This document shows positions 9,329 to 16,023 of a stretch of DNA of 41,434 nucleotides, in pieces. The DNA is from Candidatus Pacearchaeota archaeon (GTDB taxonomy: Archaea > Nanobdellota > Nanobdellia > Pacearchaeales > GW2011-AR1). How positions within the stretch are numbered: the stretch's first letter is position 1; each line of letters starts with the position of its first letter. The position numbers and the translations under genes are program-made. Below the pieces are notes generated by a model. It saw nothing but the letters and a program-made list of their open reading frames with translations, searched no databases and had not been told where the DNA came from. The stretch is from positions 1-41,434 of the forward strand of contig JAMCXF010000006.1 of the NCBI GenBank assembly GCA_023475035.1, read 5' to 3'.

Positions 9329-9787
9329 TTATTCAGCAGGTATTATGCAAATTTGTCCGTTAAGATTATTTGCTAAAGCGCTGACATCATATTTTGATGC
9401 TGTTCCAGTTGGAGCTAATATTGCTGCTTTGTCGTCTATTAATATTGACTCGCAGGATAAATCACAATTTATTGCTGAACATTTTTGTATTGTGTATTGC
9501 GTAAGCTGAGGAGAGTTTGCTAAAACTGCACAGCTTGTCTTTACTGAAAAGTCTTCTTCGTTAACTCTCAAAGTTCTTTCAGCAGAACAAAAAGCGAATT
9601 TCTGACTTAAACTGCAGGCACTTGCGCATTCCTCAACAGTCGAATCAACATTTGTAGGGCTGATAATATTTTTGAAAAAACTCCATCCTGTAGAAAATCC
9701 TAAAATTAAAACAACTAAAATTACTAATCCAAGTATAAGAAGAATAATTGTATTAGTGCTTAACTCTTGTCCTCTTTTATTTAACAT
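9329..9787 (-). CDS. type IV pilin-like protein
   Basis: Class III signal MLNKRG|QELSTNTIILLILGLVIL; Cys-rich C-terminal domain. Confidence 0.85.
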   Translation of the reverse strand: MLNKRGQELSTNTIILLILGLVILVVLILGFSTGWSFFKNIISPTNVDSTVEECASACSLSQKFAFCSAERTLRVNEEDFSVKTSCAVLANSPQLTQYTIQKCSAINCDLSCESILIDDKAAILAPTGTASKYDVSALANNLNGQICIIPAE

Positions 9788-9826
9788 ATTTAGATTACGA
9801 TTATTTTATTTAAAAATGTTTTTGTA

Positions 9827-10153
9827 TTAAGGAGACTGATAATTTACCGAAAACAAAAGAACTTCTTTGCTCCAGAATAAAAAACCCTCTGTCATATTTT
9901 TTCTAAGATGCAATCCGTCAGGACTTTCTCCGTTGAAAATTTTTTCTTCTGCCTGCATGTTTATCTCATTGACCATTCCTATTCCCACAAAAGAATTTCT
10001 CGTCTGAACCATTGAATTAAAAAAACTGAACATTGCAATTCCACAGATTACTATTACTCCGATTACAAGAATTGTTATGGGTATATCTCCCGAGCGATTT
10101 CGCGGAAAGAGGGTCAGTGTCATGCGAGCGGGGTCGCGAGTAGTTTTATTCAT
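9827..10153 (-). CDS. type IV pilin-like protein with in-frame 55-bp element in its leader
   Basis: MNKT-TRDPARMTLTLFPRNRSG|DIPITILVIGVIVI; the ATG at 10153 overlaps the end of the upstream gene. Confidence 0.75.
   Translation of the reverse strand: MNKTTRDPARMTLTLFPRNRSGDIPITILVIGVIVICGIAMFSFFNSMVQTRNSFVGIGMVNEINMQAEEKIFNGESPDGLHLRKNMTEGFLFWSKEVLLFSVNYQSP
10087..10141. repeat. 55-bp GC-rich element, copy 1
   Basis: CTCCCGAGCGATTTCGCGGAAAGAGGGTCAGTGTCATGCGAGCGGGGTCGCGAGT; 54/55 identical to 11312-11366. Confidence 0.95.
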
Positions 10154-10418
10154 TATTCGCTTCCTCCAGAATATTGTCAATGATTTCTTTGTTTAAATTT
10201 CCTGCAAGCTGATGGCTGAATGAAGTTTTTTGATTTAATGATTCTGTCTTTTCAGCAACATCAAATTGAATGCTTAAGGTTTGAATAATTTTTGTCTTTG
10301 AAATTAAGATTGAGATGTAAATAAAAACAATCAAAATTCCGATAATAATTATTGTTGCAATTATCCATGAAACTGTTTCACCAATCTGCCCTTTCTTGTC
10401 TGATTTAGATCTTAACAT
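10146..10418 (-). CDS. type IV pilin-like protein
   Basis: KKG|QIGETVSWIIATIIIIGILIVF. Confidence 0.8.
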   Translation of the reverse strand: MLRSKSDKKGQIGETVSWIIATIIIIGILIVFIYISILISKTKIIQTLSIQFDVAEKTESLNQKTSFSHQLAGNLNKEIIDNILEEANNE

Positions 10419-10932
10419 TTTTTTCTGATTTCCTCACTACTGATAAAATTTTTATTATATATTGATTGTTAAGATTGTCGAGGGAATAAAAACTTTTTTC
10501 AACGCATTGTGCAACTCGTTCCTCTTCCTTGTTTTCTTGCAGTTCACAGCTAAGAAGCCATTTGTTATTTCCTTTTTTTAAATTAAAAACAGCAGAATCC
10601 AAATTATTTATGGTGTAAAAATTAACTTCAGTATAATATTGTTCTTCTTCCCATTCATCTGAGGAATTAAAATTGAGGTGGCATCCTTCAAGAAAATTTT
10701 GTTCTGCTCTGAATTCGCCGTTGGAGATTAAATTTCCGTTCATTTTTCCTGCATAAGAAATGCAGTCAGCAATTTGGTTTATCAAAAGATTTGCTTCAAT
10801 TTCTCTTATGTCATACGGACTTCCGTAAAAAATGTAAACCATTGCAAAAATTCCCCCTGCTACAATTATCAAAATCGCAAACCAGTATATTGAAACTACT
10901 TTATCGCCTCGTTTATCTTTTTTTATTCCCAT
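10405..10932 (-). CDS. type IV pilin-like protein
   Basis: DKRG|DKVVSIYWFAILIIVAGGI; paired cysteines. Confidence 0.8.
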   Translation of the reverse strand: MGIKKDKRGDKVVSIYWFAILIIVAGGIFAMVYIFYGSPYDIREIEANLLINQIADCISYAGKMNGNLISNGEFRAEQNFLEGCHLNFNSSDEWEEEQYYTEVNFYTINNLDSAVFNLKKGNNKWLLSCELQENKEEERVAQCVEKSFYSLDNLNNQYIIKILSVVRKSEKNVKI

Positions 10933-11381
10933 TATCTATATCCGTTTATTTTAATTACATAATTATTTTCAGGGAAGATATCAGGATAAGCAGTAACATC
11001 AACATCGTTAAAAAAAGAATATTCATATCCGCCTTTCTCGCTTAATCGGACTGTCACAATATTTCTGTCGCTGTCAATTTTCACAATATCTTCTCTTTGC
11101 AGCCCGTTTTTTTCAGCGAGGACAAAACCTTCTTTCATGTTCAGTATCATTTCTGTCACAGGTTTTGAAGAATCAATTAATAGTGCAATATTTTTTGCAT
11201 AACTTTGCTCAAGAACAATTGCTCCGCTTCCCTGCCTGAATAAAAAAAGCATAAGTATTGAAATAAAAAGAATATTCAGAATAAGAAATATTATATTTTC
11301 AACAAGAAGAACTCCCGAGCGATTTCGCGGAAAGAGGGTCAGTGTCATGCGAGTGGGGTCGCGAGTTCGTTTATTTTTCAT
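10932..11381 (-). CDS. type IV pilin-like protein with in-frame 55-bp element in its leader
   Basis: MKNKR-TRDPTRMTLTLFPRNRSG|VLLVENIIFLILNILF; ATG at 11381. Confidence 0.78.
   Translation of the reverse strand: MKNKRTRDPTRMTLTLFPRNRSGVLLVENIIFLILNILFISILMLFLFRQGSGAIVLEQSYAKNIALLIDSSKPVTEMILNMKEGFVLAEKNGLQREDIVKIDSDRNIVTVRLSEKGGYEYSFFNDVDVTAYPDIFPENNYVIKINGYR
11312..11366. repeat. 55-bp GC-rich element, copy 2
   Basis: Same as 10087-10141 except one C/T difference (GAGTGGG vs GAGCGGG). Confidence 0.95.
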
Positions 11382-11388
11382 TTTATTT

Positions 11389-12261
11389 TCATGCCAGAGT
11401 TTTAATTGATTCACAATTCAATAAATCATAATCATCAGTTGCAATTATTGAAGGTGTATAATATTGCTGTCCTGATTCTCCTATGACAGTTGTTCCTATG
11501 AAATGCCCGCCGACGCCTCCCACGACTGCAACAACGATTATTACTGGAATAGCAACTCCTGCAACTGCCAAGGCTAATGTTGCAATTCCTGCTCCTGCAG
11601 CAGCCCATTGCCCGACGCTGATTTTGCTGTATACTCCCATTGTAATTGAATAGTGCTTGTTGAAATCTATTTCTCCAAATGCAGATTGATTAGTCAGGAG
11701 TGTTTCTTCAATTGCCTGCGAATTTTTAAGTCCGTTTAAGTATTCAAGATAACTTTTGCCTTCTGAAATTTCTGTAGTAGCAAGATAGTTATAAAACGCA
11801 TTTTGTGAAATTTTATTGTCCTCGAAAATTTGGCCCATGCTGTCATCAAAAGTAATCTGCGAGCAGATAGAACAATAAAGCTTAGGCAAAAGTTCTTCTC
11901 CAAGATAATTGACTTTCCCTTCGCCGAACATCCACCAGCAGTCAGCCATTTCATTTGCCAGTATGTCATAAGTTTCAGTGTCACTGGTAACTTTTTTCAC
12001 ATCAAAACTCCCGCTCATTTTTTCACAGCTTCCGTCTTCAGTAAAACATAAATAACTTGTCTTACAGTTCAACGGAATTGATTCTCCTGGAACAACATTG
12101 CTTCCTCTCGTAAGAACAGAATTATGGCAAACTTCTTTTTCAGTTGTCGCTCCAAGATTTAATCGGAATATAAAAAATAAAACAACTGCAAAACTTGCAA
12201 TTAGAATTATAAGTAATACTATTTGCTGTGTTGTGATGTCCCCTTTTTTATTGTTGATCAT
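11389..12261 (-). CDS. large pilin-like protein
   Basis: Likely start at 12261 (ATGA overlap): MINNKKG|DITTQQIVLLIILIASF; CHNS, ADCWWMFGEG and CSIC; Gly/Ala-rich hydrophobic segment near the C-terminus. Confidence 0.82.
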   Translation of the reverse strand: MINNKKGDITTQQIVLLIILIASFAVVLFFIFRLNLGATTEKEVCHNSVLTRGSNVVPGESIPLNCKTSYLCFTEDGSCEKMSGSFDVKKVTSDTETYDILANEMADCWWMFGEGKVNYLGEELLPKLYCSICSQITFDDSMGQIFEDNKISQNAFYNYLATTEISEGKSYLEYLNGLKNSQAIEETLLTNQSAFGEIDFNKHYSITMGVYSKISVGQWAAAGAGIATLALAVAGVAIPVIIVVAVVGGVGGHFIGTTVIGESGQQYYTPSIIATDDYDLLNCESIKTLA

Positions 12262-12359
12262 AAAACTCCTATTTGCTTTAGCACAAAGTATAATCCTGCA
12301 AGAGCCAAAATAAAGAAAGCAATCCAAATTATATATTTTATTATTTCATCAAGGCTCAT
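12258..12359 (-). CDS. mini pilin-like peptide (33 aa; not in ORF track)
   Basis: MSLDEIIKYIIWIAFFILALAGLYFVLKQIGVL*; AGGAGG upstream; the stop overlaps the next ATG. Confidence 0.7.
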   Translation of the reverse strand: MSLDEIIKYIIWIAFFILALAGLYFVLKQIGVL

Positions 12360-12407
12360 TACGCAAAAACCTCCTGTTTTTGTGTTTGTGGCAAATTTCC
12401 TGTTTAC

Positions 12408-12950
12408 TCATTTTTTCGTTATTTGTATTTGTTCATTTATTTTTTGAATTAAAATCTGCACTCCTGTTTTTTCAATTCTTATTTTTTCAAATTTGGCAAG
12501 ATTCGGAATATTTGTGCATACACCTTTGTCTTCGCATCTTTTTAATTGCCAGTCAAAAAATTCAAGAAGAGTTCTTTCGCAAATACATAAGCAGTTTTCA
12601 TCGAGACAGGAATTTGGTTTTGGTTCTTCTCCAACATAACTAAAGAGAAGCCATTCAGAGGGATTTGGTATTAAAATTCCCTCGCTGCTGTATTCTCCCC
12701 CGCTGTTTATTCTTTCAACTTCAGGAACAATGAGGTTTTTAATGCTTGCATCAGCTTCTTTAAGTTTCTGTTCGCCTGTGACATTAAAATAAATTGCAAC
12801 TAAAAGATAAACCAGAAAGACAATGCAAATTACAGCAATTATTACTTTTAATGTTTCTTCCCCTAATAAAAATCCTCTGCGATTTTTTGGAAAAAAATTG
12901 CAAAGAGAAAAACTCTTGTTTTGACCTTTTTTGTTTTTAGTAATTTTCAT
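12408..12950 (-). CDS. type IV pilin-like protein with extended leader
   Basis: MKITKNKKG-QNKSFSLCNFFPKNRRG|FLLGEETLKVIIAVICIVFL; C-terminal CLCIC. Confidence 0.82.
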   Translation of the reverse strand: MKITKNKKGQNKSFSLCNFFPKNRRGFLLGEETLKVIIAVICIVFLVYLLVAIYFNVTGEQKLKEADASIKNLIVPEVERINSGGEYSSEGILIPNPSEWLLFSYVGEEPKPNSCLDENCLCICERTLLEFFDWQLKRCEDKGVCTNIPNLAKFEKIRIEKTGVQILIQKINEQIQITKK

Positions 12951-13105
12951 CTTATTAAAACTCCAAATATCTCAGGAGGAGAAAATCCCCTAAAAAATTC
13001 TAGGATTTGTTCCTTGAAGAAAAAATAAAGCCCAACAGCAACTGCTACAACTACAAGAATTCCCAAAATTATTTTTATCAATTGTTCTGTTGTTAATTCT
13101 GCCAT
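12947..13105 (-). CDS. mini pilin-like peptide (52 aa; not in ORF track)
   Basis: MAELTTEQLIKIILGILVVVAVAVGLYFFFKEQILEFFRGFSPPEIFGVLIR*; TAATG and ATGA overlaps with both neighbours. Confidence 0.78.
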   Translation of the reverse strand: MAELTTEQLIKIILGILVVVAVAVGLYFFFKEQILEFFRGFSPPEIFGVLIR

Positions 13106-13254
13106 TATCTTCCTCCAAAAATTTCTTTTATTCTGTCAATGAATTCAAATCCTTTTCCTCTTAACAAAAAAATGCTAATCATTATTATCGCAAGAATTAT
13201 CAATCCAATCAAAAGCCACGGAAGATATTCGGAAATCACACCTTTTTTTTTCAT
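13105..13254 (-). CDS. mini type IV pilin (49 aa; not in ORF track)
   Basis: MKKKG|VISEYLPWLLIGLIILAIIMISIFLLRGKGFEFIDRIKEIFGGR*; TATA-like sequence about 25 bp upstream. Confidence 0.8.
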   Translation of the reverse strand: MKKKGVISEYLPWLLIGLIILAIIMISIFLLRGKGFEFIDRIKEIFGGR

Positions 13255-13289
13255 TATTAAGAAAATGTTTAAGGAATTATAAATTTATC

Positions 13290-15446
13290 TTAACTCAAGT
13301 TTCCAAGCACAATTGATGTCAGGAAGAATAATGCAAGAACAGACAAAGTTGCAGTTACAGCATAAAGTCCTATTCCGGCTTTCAGATTTAATCCTGTCTT
13401 GTTTGTTCTTTCAAGTTTGTCTTCTCCCGAATCAATTATAACAAGAGCACTCGTAAGGATAAATATTATTTCAATAATATAAATTCCGATTATTATCTGA
13501 AGCAGATAAGGAGGAATCATTTTAGTCATGTCAAAAATATTTAATATTGCATTAAGATTGCCAACTCCTGCAATTGCCTCTGCTCCTCCAGCCTGAGCGA
13601 TATTTAATTTGCTTAAAATTCCAGTTATCATCGCTGCAAGTCCTATTACAACCCCTGATAATAATGGCGCAAGGAAAGTCATGTTGCTTTTCATGTCAGA
13701 AATAATTTCTGCAAGCATGTCTCTTAATCTATCAGTGATTTTGTTTATGTTTTTGACATACTCTGAAATGCTTATCAAACTTAATGCTGCAATGTTCAAT
13801 CCTTTCTTTGCGGATTCAACAAGAATTCTCATGCTCGTTGCAATTAATTCAGAAGGATAATATGCGATTGCTCCTCTCTTCTCGTCGAAGATTGCAGTTT
13901 CAACAGACATTCCCATTTGCATGACGTTGTAATTAACTCTTCTGAAAAAGTCTTCTGTTTTCAGTCCTTTGGTTGCTTCTGCAACTTTGCTGAATGCAAG
14001 TTCAGGAGGAACTCCGTTTCCGATTCTGTTTCCAAGCTGGAATAAAGAATTGTTAAATTCAACTTCAAGCTGTTTTGTTTTTTCTCTTTCCTTGATTAAT
14101 CCTTTTGTTTTATTTTTGAATGCTATTGCAAAAAATAATGCAACACCTACTGTGAAAAAAATTCCGAATATCAAAGCGCCAATTCCAAAAGGCCCTGCTA
14201 AATTTCCTCCTATGTCTATAAAACCAAAAAAAGATTCGCTTCCAAAAAAGCTCAATCCAAGTTCATCAAATGTGTAATCATTTTTTAATCCGATTGCAGG
14301 AGCAAGTGGCGACTGGAAAAATAAAGGTAAAAGCCCGATGACAAAAAAAGGAATGCAAATTAAGAAAGCATTTAGATAATGTTTCTTGTCTTTGTAAACA
14401 GGATAAAGAGGATTTCTTTCAATGAGTTCTGTTTCTCCGTATCCTCCTGGTCTCAGGGATAAAACTTTGTCAGTAAGATAGAAAACAAAAAAAGGAATTA
14501 TCAAATTAAATAAAATCATAACGTGATACCATTTTAAGAAATCTCCAACCATTGCTGAAGCAAGAGGAAGAAGAGCAAGTCCCAAAGTTGGAAGGACAAC
14601 TCCAAGCATGTAAACATTTGTCAAAGGACTTCTTACTTCATGAGTGAATTTAAGCATCTTGTCGTAAACTCCGTCAAGAACTACCTGCAATGCTTTTTCC
14701 AAAGTAACAACTCTTTTTCCGTCGTCAGGTTCAAACAGACTGCTTTCAATCAGATGAAAAGATTCAATAAATTCTGTGGAGTAATCTCTCCATATTTCTA
14801 GATAGTTATCAAGACTTTCTTTTATCGTGGAAAATTTCCCCAATTCAACATCATAAAAAACTTTTTTGAAATCAAGCGCAAGAGGATATTGAAGATGCTG
14901 TGAAGCAAAAGAAATTGCTCTTTCCAAGTTAGGGGTATGTCTCATATAAACGACAATGTACAAAATCGCAGGAACCATTTGTGATGATGCTTTCAGTCGC
15001 CATCTGTTCGCAAGCCTTTGAGGATATCCGTTGATAAAATAAAAAAGAAATAATCCTGCAAACATTAAAAGAACAAAAAAGAAAATAGGAAACTCCTGAG
15101 TGAAAAGCATTATTGCTACAGAAAGCAAAAGCCCAGCGAGGAAAACTCCGAAAAAAGAAACCATTGCAAGATTTATTGGCTGCCAAGGTTCCAAATCAAC
15201 ATGCGCAATTTCAAGATATCTTTGAACCTTTGCCTGTTCTTTTTGCGAAATCTTAAGTTTGATAATTCCTCCAAGGCTTCTGCACCATTTTTCATATCTT
15301 GTAAGTTCAGGAGCAAGTTCTTCCTTGAATGTCGAATAACTCTGGCTGTAATTTACTTTCTCAATATCCTGCGTAGTTTTTATGCTCTGTTCAATTCGGG
15401 CAGCATGTTTCTTGAGAATATCATCAATGTTGGGTCTTCCGTCCAT
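13290..15446 (-). CDS. TadC/T2SS-F-like pilus assembly platform membrane protein (two repeats)
   Basis: 718 aa, many TM helices, two soluble segments (YMRHTPNLERAI; LFQLGNRIGNGVPPE); near the ATPase and adjacent to the pilins. Confidence 0.8.
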   Translation of the reverse strand: MDGRPNIDDILKKHAARIEQSIKTTQDIEKVNYSQSYSTFKEELAPELTRYEKWCRSLGGIIKLKISQKEQAKVQRYLEIAHVDLEPWQPINLAMVSFFGVFLAGLLLSVAIMLFTQEFPIFFFVLLMFAGLFLFYFINGYPQRLANRWRLKASSQMVPAILYIVVYMRHTPNLERAISFASQHLQYPLALDFKKVFYDVELGKFSTIKESLDNYLEIWRDYSTEFIESFHLIESSLFEPDDGKRVVTLEKALQVVLDGVYDKMLKFTHEVRSPLTNVYMLGVVLPTLGLALLPLASAMVGDFLKWYHVMILFNLIIPFFVFYLTDKVLSLRPGGYGETELIERNPLYPVYKDKKHYLNAFLICIPFFVIGLLPLFFQSPLAPAIGLKNDYTFDELGLSFFGSESFFGFIDIGGNLAGPFGIGALIFGIFFTVGVALFFAIAFKNKTKGLIKEREKTKQLEVEFNNSLFQLGNRIGNGVPPELAFSKVAEATKGLKTEDFFRRVNYNVMQMGMSVETAIFDEKRGAIAYYPSELIATSMRILVESAKKGLNIAALSLISISEYVKNINKITDRLRDMLAEIISDMKSNMTFLAPLLSGVVIGLAAMITGILSKLNIAQAGGAEAIAGVGNLNAILNIFDMTKMIPPYLLQIIIGIYIIEIIFILTSALVIIDSGEDKLERTNKTGLNLKAGIGLYAVTATLSVLALFFLTSIVLGNLS

Positions 15447-15499
15447 AATTCACCTCAGTATGTTAAATAGGAATATAATTATAAATGTTTTTAGAAAAA

Positions 15500-15988
15500 T
15501 TATTTTTTATTTTTTCCTCTCAAATAAATAAATGCAAAAAATGAACCGCAAAGAAAAAAACATATAGCAAGCCATTTTGTGTCTGCTACCCCAATATTTC
15601 CGACAGCATTCCCTGTCAGATTAGAGGACACAAAAAAAAGGGCAAGAGTAAGTGCAAAGACTGAAGAAAATCCTAAAAATTTTTTTTCAAGTCCACCTTT
15701 AATTCTTTCAAGTCCATGAAGAAGTTTTTTACGTTCTGCAGTTATGCTTGCACGCTCTTTTTCAATCTCTTTTATTTCTTCGCCCCCCAAATATCTTCGG
15801 GCATGTTTAAGAGCATTATCATAAGCCATTTCAGCTTTCGGAAGATTTTTTGTGCGGTTCCAATATTCTCCAGCTTTTCTCCAGGATTCAATTATTTTGG
15901 CAGGAGATTTTCGCGCTCCCTTCATTTCTTCATAATGAGCTTCAGATTCGTACTGTTTTGCCTTTTTTGAATATACGTCTTCAACCAT
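15500..15988 (-). CDS. hypothetical protein with helical TPR-like N-terminus and C-terminal two-TM anchor (LTGNAV loop)
   Basis: WRKAGEYW..AEMAYDNALKHA helices; TM-SSNLTGNAVG-TM-basic tail. Confidence 0.72.
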   Translation of the reverse strand: MVEDVYSKKAKQYESEAHYEEMKGARKSPAKIIESWRKAGEYWNRTKNLPKAEMAYDNALKHARRYLGGEEIKEIEKERASITAERKKLLHGLERIKGGLEKKFLGFSSVFALTLALFFVSSNLTGNAVGNIGVADTKWLAICFFLCGSFFAFIYLRGKNKK

Positions 15989-16023
15989 GATTAATTAAAT
16001 AAGAATAACTTTAAATAATTTAT

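Noticed and set aside
10087..11366. 55-bp repeats as a CRISPR array or DGR template/variable repeat pair
   Set aside because: Only two copies, about 1.2 kb apart with coding DNA between them; a single mismatch; no cas or reverse transcriptase gene in the window.
12262..12327. Track start at 12327 for the 312-aa ORF
   Set aside because: The extension overlaps the mini-pilin gene; ATG 12261 gives a proper class III leader with ATGA coupling.
13243..13251. A9 tract in the mini-pilin leader as a phase-variation switch
   Set aside because: In frame (KKK), and similar homopolymers are frequent throughout this AT-rich window.
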